Of a stretch of DNA of 64,000 nt, positions 1 through 9,416 are shown piece after piece. Source of the stretch: Bacteroidales bacterium (GTDB lineage: Bacteria > Bacteroidota > Bacteroidia > Bacteroidales > WCHB1-69); contig JBLJBB010000006.1 in the NCBI GenBank assembly GCA_047638115.1, positions 10,247-74,246 of the forward strand. The letters are read 5' to 3'. The notes below the pieces were generated by a model. The model searched no databases. It was not told where the DNA came from and saw nothing but the letters and a program-made list of their open reading frames with translations. Position 1 is the first letter of the stretch; the number at the start of each line of letters is the position of its first letter. The position numbers and the translations under genes are program-made.

Positions 1-1
1 T

Positions 2-673
2 CCAGCTTTTGCTGCAATGAACACACAATCTCCAATTTATGTTGACGGTGCTAGAAGCTACATTGAATTTGCAACTCCAGTTATTCCTGGGGACTATCAA
101 ATCATTATAACAATTGATGGTTGTGATTATCCTGCAACTGTAAGAGTACTTGCTAGTCAATATGGATTTGGTAATACTGATGCACTTGTTCTTCAAAGAT
201 GGGATGATGTAGTTGTAGTTAACAACAATGCATTAACAAATGGTGGACATACATTCGTATCATACCAATGGTATAAAAACGGTGTTGCTATTGAAGGTGC
301 AAATGGTCAATATTATCAAGAAGTGGGTGGATTGAATGGAGAGTATTCAGTAATGTTAGTTTCTCAGACTCCTAATGGTCTAGTAACATTCAAAACTTGT
401 GATATGTTCTTCATCTCTAAAAACTTAATTAAAGTTTATCCAGTACCTGCAGGTCTAAAAGAAACAGTTACTATTGAAGTTAAATTAACTTCAGAAGAAC
501 TAAATGGTGCTGTTCTTGATATCTTCGATGCTAAGGGTGCGTTTGTAAAATCTGTTCAAGTAAATGACATTGTCATCAAAGTTGACGGATTCACAACTCC
601 TGGTGCTTACTTTGGACGTATCACAACTGGTACTAACGAAATTAAGACTGTTAAATTTGTAATAGTAAAATAG
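2..673 (+). CDS. C-terminal part of a secreted protein ending in a T9SS type-A C-terminal sorting domain (5-prime end outside window)
   Basis: Frame is open from nt 2 to TAG 671-673; the track ORF 17..673 only marks the first in-window ATG. The last ~85 aa (KVYPVPAGLKETVTIEV..LDIFDAKGAFVKSV..PGAYFGRI..KTVKFVIVK) follow the Por/T9SS CTD pattern. porU/porV/gldJ are in the same window. Confidence 0.6.
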   Translation, partial: PAFAAMNTQSPIYVDGARSYIEFATPVIPGDYQIIITIDGCDYPATVRVLASQYGFGNTDALVLQRWDDVVVVNNNALTNGGHTFVSYQWYKNGVAIEGANGQYYQEVGGLNGEYSVMLVSQTPNGLVTFKTCDMFFISKNLIKVYPVPAGLKETVTIEVKLTSEELNGAVLDIFDAKGAFVKSVQVNDIVIKVDGFTTPGAYFGRITTGTNEIKTVKFVIVK

Positions 674-684
674 TATTATTATAT

Positions 685-711
685 GTGAGTGGTGACTATG
701 TTACCACTCAC
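685..711 (+). terminator. stem-loop after the CTD-protein gene
   Basis: Perfect 9-bp stem GTGAGTGGT/ACCACTCAC with a 9-nt loop, 12 nt after the stop. No clear T-run. Confidence 0.4.
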
Positions 712-758
712 AGTAATAAATAATCATAGTAATTAAGAAAAATAAAACATATAAAATT

Positions 759-2237
759 ATGAAAAAGCAACTTTTATTATTCAGTCTTCTTTTCACAATG
801 TTACTTTCTTACTCTCAAGAAGTAACAGAGCCAAGTGTTGCAGCTGACACAACCAAAAAAACTGAGGAAGTTCCATTTTGTCCACATAGAGTTTCTATGA
901 AACTTGGCGGTGGATTTACCAACAATATTTATAAAAGAGTTCCTGTAATGGATCAAAAATATTCTTTTGGATCTAATCTTGAAGTTGGTTACACTTACTT
1001 TTTTAATGAAAATTGGGGTATCGGTTTAGGTATTGGTATTCAACATATTGCTGCTAAAGCATTATTGGATATTAATGGACAAACAATTGTTCTTGAACCA
1101 GATTATGCCAGTGATCCTACTAGAACTTACACTATGTATTTTGAAACCTCTGATTTTGTTGAAAAACAATCTATATGGGCAATTGAAATACCTCTTACCG
1201 CTCAGTATGAATACAGATTTGGAAACAAAAGAAATGGTATTTATGCTGGATTAGGTGTAAAAGGGTATTTCCCAATTAAAGCTAAAACAAGTTTTTCAAC
1301 TGAAACGGGTGAGTTAACTTTAACAGGTCGTGAAGAAGAGATTAATGTAAATTGGAATACTGATTTGGAAGGCCATTTCGGAATATTCCCAATTACTGCA
1401 AAATCTACTATTGCGAAGTTAAGACCTTCCATTGATATTCAAGCAGACTTTGGTGGAGTTTTTGGGTTATCTAGAAGAACAGATTTCTACATTGGAGCAT
1501 ATTGTTCTTATGGTTTCCTAAATATTTTACCAAAAGAAACTAATGATTATATTTCTTTTGATGATTCAAGATTTGTTTTAAATGGAACAATGGCTTCTAA
1601 TACTTTAAAAGATTATAACAAAACTGCAACTAAAGCTATTTCTGAAAAATGGAATTTATTCCAATTTGGAGTTAAAACAGGTTTCCATTTTAAAACTTGT
1701 AAAGGTTATGGAAAAGATGCAGAATATATGGATGATTTAAAAAGACGTTTTATGAATGATATGATTAATAAATCAAATGAACCTATCATTATTAAAACTA
1801 CTGAATATGTTTATATCGTTCCTGTAACTCCTACAAATATTGAAGAGGAAGACAAAAAAACGAAAGACAATATTATGGAATTAGCTGAAGCTTTATCTAA
1901 TACAAAAATATTATTTGATTTAGATAAAGATATTCCAAAAATCACAGATAACAATGATAATATTAGAAAAACTATTGAAATTCTTAAAAAAGATAGATCT
2001 TTAGGACTAATCGTTGAAGGTTACACTTGTGATTTAGGATCTGAAGCTCATAATAGAGATTTAGCACAAAGAAGAGCAATTGCTATTAGACAAATGTTTA
2101 TTAATCAAGGTGTTTCTCCTGAACAAATCTCAATTGCATCTTATACTTATAATGATCCACAAAATAAGATTAATATACCTGATGCTCAAAGAGAAGAGCA
2201 CAGAGCTGCAATCTTTAGAATTATAAAAAATAAATAA
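759..2237 (+). CDS. OmpA-family outer membrane protein
   Basis: Signal peptide MKKQLLLFSLLF. C-terminal OmpA-like peptidoglycan-binding domain (GYTCDLGSEAHNRDLAQRRAIAIRQMF). Beta-strand-like N-terminal half. Confidence 0.8.
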   Translation: MKKQLLLFSLLFTMLLSYSQEVTEPSVAADTTKKTEEVPFCPHRVSMKLGGGFTNNIYKRVPVMDQKYSFGSNLEVGYTYFFNENWGIGLGIGIQHIAAKALLDINGQTIVLEPDYASDPTRTYTMYFETSDFVEKQSIWAIEIPLTAQYEYRFGNKRNGIYAGLGVKGYFPIKAKTSFSTETGELTLTGREEEINVNWNTDLEGHFGIFPITAKSTIAKLRPSIDIQADFGGVFGLSRRTDFYIGAYCSYGFLNILPKETNDYISFDDSRFVLNGTMASNTLKDYNKTATKAISEKWNLFQFGVKTGFHFKTCKGYGKDAEYMDDLKRRFMNDMINKSNEPIIIKTTEYVYIVPVTPTNIEEEDKKTKDNIMELAEALSNTKILFDLDKDIPKITDNNDNIRKTIEILKKDRSLGLIVEGYTCDLGSEAHNRDLAQRRAIAIRQMFINQGVSPEQISIASYTYNDPQNKINIPDAQREEHRAAIFRIIKNK

Positions 2238-2242
2238 CATCA

Positions 2243-2270
2243 AAAGCCCTTTTTAAAGGGCTTTTTTTTT
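2243..2270 (+). terminator. rho-independent terminator after the ompA-family gene
   Basis: 9-bp stem AAAGCCCTT/AAGGGCTTT, 4-nt loop, T-run. Confidence 0.75.
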
Positions 2271-2296
2271 GTACTTTATAATTTGCTTTTTTATTG

Positions 2297-2304
2297 TATA
2301 TTTG
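2297..2304 (+). promoter_or_regulatory. Bacteroidetes-type -7 box TAnnTTTG (TATATTTG) for the acyl-CoA ligase/cysS unit
   Basis: Exact match to the published Bacteroides sigma-A -7 consensus, 18 nt upstream of ATG 2322, downstream of the ompA-family terminator. Confidence 0.5.
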
Positions 2305-2321
2305 CACATAAATTTTGTTTT

Positions 2322-4085
2322 ATGGAAGTAACAAGACTTTTTGACCTTTTACTACATTATGCAACATATTTTCCTAAAGATGATGCATTAGCCGCCAAAG
2401 AGAATGGCGTTTGGGTTACGTATAGTACGAAACAGTATATTGAAAAAGCAAATTTAATATCCTATGGTTTAATGCAATTAGGTGTTAAAAAAGGGGATAG
2501 GATTGCATCTATTAGTAATAACAGACCAGAATGGAATTTTTTGGATATGGCATTACATCAATTAGGAGCAATTCATGTATCCATATATCCCACTATTAGT
2601 GAGTCGGACTATGAATACATTTTGAATCATGCTGAAGTAAAAATGGTATTCGTTTCAGGATGGGAGTTATTAAGAAAAATAGAAAACATTATTGCTAATA
2701 TTCCAGATTTAAAAGAGAATGTTTATACTTTTAGAAATTTACGTGGCTATAAGCATTTAAATGAAGTGATTGAGTTAGGTATGGCAAATCCATCTCCTCA
2801 ATATTTAAATGATATTAAAGATAGTATCACACCTGATGATATTGTAACTTTAATATATACATCAGGAACTACTGGAAATCCAAAAGGTGTTATGTTAACC
2901 CATCGTAATATTTTAAGTAATGTTAAGGCAGTAACACCTATTATCCCTGTGAAACAAAATAGTAGATGTTTGAGTTATTTACCATTGTGTCACGTTTATG
3001 AACGAATGATGATTTATACATGGCAATATACTGGTATATCTATTTATTATGCTGAAAGTATGGCCAGTATTGCAGATAATTTGAAAGAGATTAAACCAGA
3101 TATTTTTTCATCTGTTCCCAGACTATTAGAGAAATTTTATGATAAAATCATTGCTGTTGGGTATAAACAAAAGGGAATTAAAAAGAGAATTTTCTTTTGG
3201 GCGAACAAAGTTGCTCAAGAATTTGAATTAGAGGGCACTTCTTGGTGGTATAAACAGAAGCTTAAGATTGCAAGAAAGCTGGTGTTAAACAAGTGGAAAG
3301 ATGCCTTAGGAGGCAATTTTAGTGTAGTAGTCTCTGGAGGAGCTGCAATTCAACCAAGAATTAGTAAAATATTCTGGGCGATGAATGTGCCAGTACTTGA
3401 AGGATATGGATTAACAGAAACGTCACCTGTTATAGCAGTAAGTAATTTTTTTAAGAATGGAATAAAAATAGGTACTGTTGGACCGCCTCTACCTGGGATT
3501 GAAGTCAAGATAGCAGAAGATGGAGAAATTTTAACAAGAGGTCGTTGTGTGATGCAAGGTTATTATAAAGCACCTGAGCTTACAAAGGAAGTAATTGATG
3601 AAGATGGATGGTTACATACAGGTGATATTGGGCAAATAGAACCAGAAGGGCAACTAAGAATTACAGGACGTAAAAAAGAAATGTTCAAAACCGCTTTTGG
3701 AAAATATGTTGTTCCTACATTGATAGAGAATAAATTTGCAGAGCAATCCATCATTGATGCTATTATGGTTGTTGGTGAAAATCAACCTTATGCTGCAGCA
3801 TTGATCGTTCCTGAGTTTAATGATTTACGTTCTTGGTGTAATCATAAAGGGATACAATATACAACTAATGAGGAAATGATTACACATCCAGATGTAATGA
3901 AAAAGTTTAAAAGGGTAGTGGATACCTGTAATAAATATTTTGGAGAAACTGAGCAAGTAAAAAGATTTAAATTGATTGGTTATCCTTGGAGTGTTGATAC
4001 TGGAGAATTAACCCCAACTCTTAAACTAAGAAGAAACTTTATCATGAAAAAAAATGAAGAAATAATTGAAGCACTATTTAAATAA
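2322..4085 (+). CDS. long-chain fatty acid--CoA ligase (AMP-dependent synthetase family)
   Basis: AMP-binding signatures [43 protein letters not shown]. Start moved to ATG 2322 (MEVTRLFD) because the track start 2283 is TTG and overlaps a TATATTTG box at 2297-2304. Confidence 0.85.
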   Translation: MEVTRLFDLLLHYATYFPKDDALAAKENGVWVTYSTKQYIEKANLISYGLMQLGVKKGDRIASISNNRPEWNFLDMALHQLGAIHVSIYPTISESDYEYILNHAEVKMVFVSGWELLRKIENIIANIPDLKENVYTFRNLRGYKHLNEVIELGMANPSPQYLNDIKDSITPDDIVTLIYTSGTTGNPKGVMLTHRNILSNVKAVTPIIPVKQNSRCLSYLPLCHVYERMMIYTWQYTGISIYYAESMASIADNLKEIKPDIFSSVPRLLEKFYDKIIAVGYKQKGIKKRIFFWANKVAQEFELEGTSWWYKQKLKIARKLVLNKWKDALGGNFSVVVSGGAAIQPRISKIFWAMNVPVLEGYGLTETSPVIAVSNFFKNGIKIGTVGPPLPGIEVKIAEDGEILTRGRCVMQGYYKAPELTKEVIDEDGWLHTGDIGQIEPEGQLRITGRKKEMFKTAFGKYVVPTLIENKFAEQSIIDAIMVVGENQPYAAALIVPEFNDLRSWCNHKGIQYTTNEEMITHPDVMKKFKRVVDTCNKYFGETEQVKRFKLIGYPWSVDTGELTPTLKLRRNFIMKKNEEIIEALFK

Positions 4086-4093
4086 ATCTTAAA

Positions 4094-5569
4094 ATGACGG
4101 AACAAAAACTTTTTATCTACAATACACTTAGTAAAAGCAAAGAAAAATTTGAACCATTAACCCCTCAAAGAGTTGGATTGTACGTTTGTGGTCCCACTGT
4201 ATATGGGGAACCACATTTGGGGCATGCTCGGCCAGCAATTACATTTGATTTGTTATTCAGATATCTTCAACATATTGGATACAAAGTAAGATATGTTAGA
4301 AACATTACTGATGTTGGTCATTTAGAGAATGATGCTGATGAAGGGGAAGATAAAATCTCAAAAAAAGCGAGATTAGAACAATTAGAGCCCATGGAAGTTG
4401 CTCAATATTACATTGATAGCTATCATAAAGCAATGGATAAACTCAATGTATTAAGACCCTCAATCGAACCAAGGGCATCCGGACATATTATTGAACAGAT
4501 TGAGATGGTACAACAAATTTTGAACAAAGGATATGCTTATGTATCAAATGGTTCTGTGTATTTTGATGTTCCAAAATTTGATAAAGAATTTGGTTATGGA
4601 AAATTATCAGGAAGAATTTTAGAAGATATGATTTCCAATACTAGAGCTTTGGATGGGCAAGATGAAAAAAGAGATCCATCAGATTTTGCATTATGGAAAA
4701 AAGCTTCTCCTGAACATATTATGAGATGGAATTCACCTTGGAGTATAGGTTTCCCAGGTTGGCATATTGAATGTACTGCCATGAGTACTAAATATTTAGG
4801 AGAGCAATTTGATATTCATGGTGGTGGAATGGATTTGATTTTTCCTCATCATGAATCTGAAGTTTGTCAAAGTACAGTTGCAAACGGGAAAGAGTCGGTT
4901 AAGTATTGGATGCATAACAAAATGATCACTATTAATGGACAGAAGATGGGGAAATCTTTGGGAAATTTTATCAATTTGAACCAATTTTTCAATGGGGAAC
5001 ATGCCATGTTAGAGCGTCCATACAATCCAATGACTATTAGATTCTTTATCATGCAGGCACACTATCGTGGAACATTAGATTTTTCTAATGAGGCGTTAAT
5101 TGCTGCTGAAAAAGGGATGTCTAAATTAAATAGTGCGGATAAATTACTAGATAAATTACAAGGTGGAATTTCTTCCAGTGAATCAATTTCTGAATGGGTT
5201 CAACGTTGTTATGATGCAATGAATGATGATTTAAACACTCCAAAATTGATTGCTGAGTTATTTGATGCATCTAGAATCATCAATTCTGTTAAAGATGGAC
5301 ATATTCAACTTACAAGTGAAGATATTCATACCTTAAAAATTAATTTTAGAACCTTTTATTATGAGGTTCTTGGGATCATTCCTGAAACACAATCAAATCA
5401 AGGAGCAGAAGTTACGAATCAATTGATGGATCTGATATTAGAAGTTCGTCAAGATGCCAAAATAAATAAAAATTGGGGAGTTGCTGATATGATTAGGAAT
5501 AAACTCACAGAAGCAGGAATTGTCGTTAAAGACACTAAAGAGGGAGCAATCTGGGAGATTAAGAATTAG
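4094..5569 (+). CDS. cysS: cysteine--tRNA ligase
   Basis: Class I aaRS HIGH (PHLGHARP) and KMSKS (KMGKSLGN) motifs. Length 491 aa, typical CysRS layout. Confidence 0.95.
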   Translation: MTEQKLFIYNTLSKSKEKFEPLTPQRVGLYVCGPTVYGEPHLGHARPAITFDLLFRYLQHIGYKVRYVRNITDVGHLENDADEGEDKISKKARLEQLEPMEVAQYYIDSYHKAMDKLNVLRPSIEPRASGHIIEQIEMVQQILNKGYAYVSNGSVYFDVPKFDKEFGYGKLSGRILEDMISNTRALDGQDEKRDPSDFALWKKASPEHIMRWNSPWSIGFPGWHIECTAMSTKYLGEQFDIHGGGMDLIFPHHESEVCQSTVANGKESVKYWMHNKMITINGQKMGKSLGNFINLNQFFNGEHAMLERPYNPMTIRFFIMQAHYRGTLDFSNEALIAAEKGMSKLNSADKLLDKLQGGISSSESISEWVQRCYDAMNDDLNTPKLIAELFDASRIINSVKDGHIQLTSEDIHTLKINFRTFYYEVLGIIPETQSNQGAEVTNQLMDLILEVRQDAKINKNWGVADMIRNKLTEAGIVVKDTKEGAIWEIKN

Positions 5570-5611
5570 GGTAATTTTCTTTTTATTTGTGATTTGTATC
5601 GATCATTTTTG

Positions 5612-5619
5612 TATATTTG
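5612..5619 (+). promoter_or_regulatory. -7 box TATATTTG upstream of the TPR membrane protein
   Basis: TAnnTTTG match 26 nt upstream of ATG 5645. Confidence 0.45.
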
Positions 5620-5644
5620 TCGCTTATTTTAAAACCTTTTGTTT

Positions 5645-7939
5645 ATGAGTAAGAACAAGTATCATCAAACGAAAAAAAATACAATACAGAATTCTAAGAT
5701 CGCTCAACCATTGATTTCAAATGATCAAAAAAAATCCAAACTTACATTGTGGTTTGGGTTTTTTACTTTTTCGATTGCTTTTATTTTGTATGCTAATACT
5801 TTCCAACACAGTTGGGTTTTAGATGATTATGGCGTATTTAAAGATAATATTTTTGTAACTAAGGGGATAGATGGCTATAATGATATTTTAACAAAAACTT
5901 ATAGGCATGGATCTGGACATTACACTGACAATTTATATAGACCAGTATCACAATTGATGTTTGCTACAGAGTGGGAGATTTCACCTGATAATCCTGGATT
6001 ATCCCATTTTGTTAATGTTTTGTTTTATGCATTAAATGGATTATTACTATTTTTAGTTCTCAGAAAATTATTTAAAAAACACCATCAATGGATCTCTTTT
6101 GCCATAACACTTTTATATATTGCTCATCCGATACATACTGAGGTTGTTTCAAATATAAAAAGTAGAGATGAGCTTGTTTCTCTATTTTTTATACTCAATT
6201 CTCTATTATTGATTTTGAAAACTGTTGCAATTCCAAAATTTGGGACTAAATTGATATTCTATCCATTACTTTTCATAACTTTCACTTTAGCGATGTTTAC
6301 TAAAGAGAGTGCCATTACTATGTTAGCGGCATTTCCTCTCATTCTGTTTTTCTTTACAAATGCAAAGTGGAAAGAGTATGTCCCCATAATTCTTGTATTG
6401 GGAATAGGATCTTTAATCTATTTTGTAACTAAAGGTTCAGTACTTGAGAGTTCCATACATTCTGGCGAGTATACCGTTTCTATTGTGGACAACTATTTCT
6501 TTGATTCCGAATTATTAACAGGATTAGCTACGGCAATTATGTTAATGGGGAAATATTTATTGCTTTTAGTTTTTCCACATCCTCTGGCCTGTGATTACTC
6601 ATATAGTCAATTGCCACTAGTCACTTTTAGTAATATTTGGACAATCCTCTCTTTATTGGCCTATGTTGGGATGTTTATTTATGTCATTTTAAATTTTAAG
6701 AAAAAAGATCCGATTGTATTTGGAATTTTGTTCTTTATCATAACCATGAGTCCAACGAGTAATATATTGATCCGATTTGGCTCCTCATTTGGAGAACGGT
6801 TTCTGTTCTTACCCTCATTAGGATTTTGCATTGCTTTAATTTTTATAATAGCCAAAGTACTTAAAATGGATACAATCTCTTTCCAAAAAGTTGAGAAAAC
6901 GAAAAAAAATCTTTTTTTTGCGATTATTGGAATTGTTTTTATTTTGTTCTCTGCTAAAACAGTTTCCAGAGCAGCTGAATGGAAAGATCAGCTCACACTT
7001 TTTAGCAAAGATGTCCAAACTTCTCCTAGTAGTGCTCACATGCGTTTATATTATGGATTAGCATTGCGAGATGAAGCTAAATTGTATGATGAATTAAACA
7101 AAAAAGAGACGAATCTGGATAAATATCAAAAAAATAATGATTTGTATATTAAAGGGAATTTTAGAGCCATTGAACAGTTGAAAAAAGCGATAGAGATTTA
7201 TCCGAAATATGCAACTGCTTTAGAACAACTTGGATTACTTTATGAAAGAACTGGAAAACGGTTAAATCAACCTCAAATGATTGATTCAGCCGAAAGTTTC
7301 TATTTACAAAGTTTAAAATATGTTCCAACAACTGCTTCTGTAAATAGTAATTTAGCCAAAATATATTTTGAAAGGGGTTCAATTTTGCAAGCCAGAGATT
7401 ATTATTTAAAAGCCATTAAATACGATCCAATTTTTGCAGATGGATATTATAATTTGGGTAGTACTTATGGAATGTTAAGTAATTATGATTCATCATTTTA
7501 TTATTTTCGTAAAAGTTTACAATTTGATAAAAACAAAATTGCAGCATATTATTTTATGGGATTAAATTATTCGAAAATCAATAAATTTGATTCTGCACAT
7601 GTTATGTATGACAAAGCTATTCAGCTTGATCCAAAAGATGTAGTTCCATATAGTTTAAAAGCACAAACTTATATGCAAACTAAGAATTATCAAGAAGCTT
7701 TAGTTCAACTTCAGAAAGGGATCACTATTAATCCATTACATGCCGATTTTTATATTTTAAGGGGTCAATTATATGTCACACAAAAGGATTATGACATGGC
7801 GCATGCAGATTTTTCAAAATGCATAGAGATAAATCCAAATATCAAACAACCTTATGTTGAGAAGATCAATCTATTTCAAATACAGAATAAAAAAGATTCT
7901 ATGCAGAAGTATATTCAATTATATCGTCAAATAAAATAA
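5645..7939 (+). CDS. multi-pass membrane protein with C-terminal TPR repeats (GT39/PMT_2-like, TMTC-like)
   Basis: About 430 aa of hydrophobic helices followed by repeated TPR-like units (YYLKAIKYDP, MYDKAIQLDP, FSKCIEINP). ATG 5645 preferred to TTG 5639; -7 box at 5612-5619. Confidence 0.6.
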   Translation: MSKNKYHQTKKNTIQNSKIAQPLISNDQKKSKLTLWFGFFTFSIAFILYANTFQHSWVLDDYGVFKDNIFVTKGIDGYNDILTKTYRHGSGHYTDNLYRPVSQLMFATEWEISPDNPGLSHFVNVLFYALNGLLLFLVLRKLFKKHHQWISFAITLLYIAHPIHTEVVSNIKSRDELVSLFFILNSLLLILKTVAIPKFGTKLIFYPLLFITFTLAMFTKESAITMLAAFPLILFFFTNAKWKEYVPIILVLGIGSLIYFVTKGSVLESSIHSGEYTVSIVDNYFFDSELLTGLATAIMLMGKYLLLLVFPHPLACDYSYSQLPLVTFSNIWTILSLLAYVGMFIYVILNFKKKDPIVFGILFFIITMSPTSNILIRFGSSFGERFLFLPSLGFCIALIFIIAKVLKMDTISFQKVEKTKKNLFFAIIGIVFILFSAKTVSRAAEWKDQLTLFSKDVQTSPSSAHMRLYYGLALRDEAKLYDELNKKETNLDKYQKNNDLYIKGNFRAIEQLKKAIEIYPKYATALEQLGLLYERTGKRLNQPQMIDSAESFYLQSLKYVPTTASVNSNLAKIYFERGSILQARDYYLKAIKYDPIFADGYYNLGSTYGMLSNYDSSFYYFRKSLQFDKNKIAAYYFMGLNYSKINKFDSAHVMYDKAIQLDPKDVVPYSLKAQTYMQTKNYQEALVQLQKGITINPLHADFYILRGQLYVTQKDYDMAHADFSKCIEINPNIKQPYVEKINLFQIQNKKDSMQKYIQLYRQIK

Positions 7940-7943
7940 ACTG

Positions 7944-9395
7944 ATGACTCGAAAACCCTCATACCTATTCTCTTTTCTTACAATAGCACTATTAGTCGGA
8001 TTAATTGCTTTTAATAGCTTAGCAGTGGGTGTTGATGTTGCTTCTGGAAGTAATAATGTAATTATATTAGTTGCATCCGCCATTGTTGTTGGATTTGGGA
8101 TCTTCAGATATAAATTTACTTGGAAAAAGATTGAGGGTGGGATAATACATCAAGTCTCTGAAGTTGTAGTATCATTGGTTATTTTACTTTTAATTGGTGG
8201 AATCTCTGGAACTTGGATGATCAGTGGGATTGTACCTATGATGACCTATTATGGAGTGAAGTTAATTAATCCACATTTTTTATTGGTCTCATGTACCATA
8301 ACATGTGCTTTGGTTTCATTAATTACAGGAAGTTCCTGGACAACAGTAGCCACGATTGGGATTGCATTTATTGGAATTGGTAGATCTTTTGGAATTAACG
8401 AAGGGTGGGTAGCTGGAGCAATTATCTCAGGTGCTTATTTTGGAGATAAAATTTCACCACTATCAGATACCACAAATTTAGCTGCCATCATTGCAGGATC
8501 TGATTTGATGACCCATGTTAAATATATGATTTATACAACAATTCCGTCTCTAACGATTACGTTAATAATATATTTTATTGCAAATCTGACATTCATAAAT
8601 GTTGAAACACTTGATATGTCAGAAACATTAATTGCCATACAATCAACATTTAACATAACTCCTTGGTTATTAATTGTTCCTGCAATTACGATCATATTGA
8701 TCTATTTTAAAGTTCCTACCATAATGTTACTATTTATTATCATGATGTTAGGAGCAATAGCAGCAGTAATCTTTCAACCTGAAGTGTGTATGCATATAAC
8801 CGGCTCCTCAACACTAGATTGGAAATCAGTGTATAGTAGTGTCGTTCAATCGATTTCTGGCAAAATACAAGTTCCTTGTACTAATCCTACTTTTTCAAGT
8901 TTCTTTACTTCAAGGGGGATGGAGGGGATGCTACCTACCGTAATGTTAATAGTTTGTGCTATGGTTTTCGGGGGGACCATCTCAACTATTGGAGTACTTG
9001 ATAAATTGAGTCAAGGAATTCAAAAAATGTGCAGAGGATTAAAAGGGACAATTGTTGCTACAGCATTAAGTGGTTGGTTGTTAAATGCAGTCTTGTTTGA
9101 TCAATATTTAGCAGTAATTTTAAATACAAAAATTTTCAAGAAAAACTTTGAGAAGTTAAATTTGAAACCTGAAGTGTTGAGTAGGAGTGTGGAAGATTCA
9201 ACAACAGTAACTTCTGTTCTTGTGCCTTGGAACACTTGTGGACTTACGCAATCAACTGTTTTAGGCGTTTCTACATTTGCATATTCCCCTTTTGCTATCT
9301 TCTGTTGGATCTCTCCAATAACAACAGTGGTGATGGTATCTTTAAGAATAAAATTAAGACAAAATAACACAGATAATGATCAGGAGAAGGGCTAA
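7944..9395 (+). CDS. nhaC: Na+/H+ antiporter, NhaC family
   Basis: 483 aa polytopic membrane protein with NhaC-like segments (SSWTTVATIGIAFIGIG, SGAYFGDKISPLSDTTNLAA). Confidence 0.75.
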   Translation: MTRKPSYLFSFLTIALLVGLIAFNSLAVGVDVASGSNNVIILVASAIVVGFGIFRYKFTWKKIEGGIIHQVSEVVVSLVILLLIGGISGTWMISGIVPMMTYYGVKLINPHFLLVSCTITCALVSLITGSSWTTVATIGIAFIGIGRSFGINEGWVAGAIISGAYFGDKISPLSDTTNLAAIIAGSDLMTHVKYMIYTTIPSLTITLIIYFIANLTFINVETLDMSETLIAIQSTFNITPWLLIVPAITIILIYFKVPTIMLLFIIMMLGAIAAVIFQPEVCMHITGSSTLDWKSVYSSVVQSISGKIQVPCTNPTFSSFFTSRGMEGMLPTVMLIVCAMVFGGTISTIGVLDKLSQGIQKMCRGLKGTIVATALSGWLLNAVLFDQYLAVILNTKIFKKNFEKLNLKPEVLSRSVEDSTTVTSVLVPWNTCGLTQSTVLGVSTFAYSPFAIFCWISPITTVVMVSLRIKLRQNNTDNDQEKG

Positions 9396-9407
9396 GGGCT
9401 AAAGGGA
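9387..9407. repeat. heptamer mini-array AAGGGCT AAGGGCT AAAGGGA
   Basis: Read directly. The nhaC-family TAA stop (9393-9395) spans the unit junction. The reverse complement is a CCCTTNG-type word. Confidence 0.7.
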
Positions 9408-9416
9408 GATAACCAT

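Noticed and set aside
1033-1432. Track ORFs 1033..1254 (+) and 1241..1432 (-) inside the ompA-family gene.
   Set aside because: Alternative-frame or antisense ORFs wholly inside a well-supported CDS, with low-complexity AT-driven composition.
2283-2321. Upstream TTG starts proposed by the track for several genes (2283, 5639, 13163, 51526, 60965) and upstream ATG starts for others (23850, 45683, 62040).
   Set aside because: In each case the extension overlaps a TAnnTTTG box or the preceding gene. A downstream ATG also gives a typical N-terminus (signal peptide or a conserved start).
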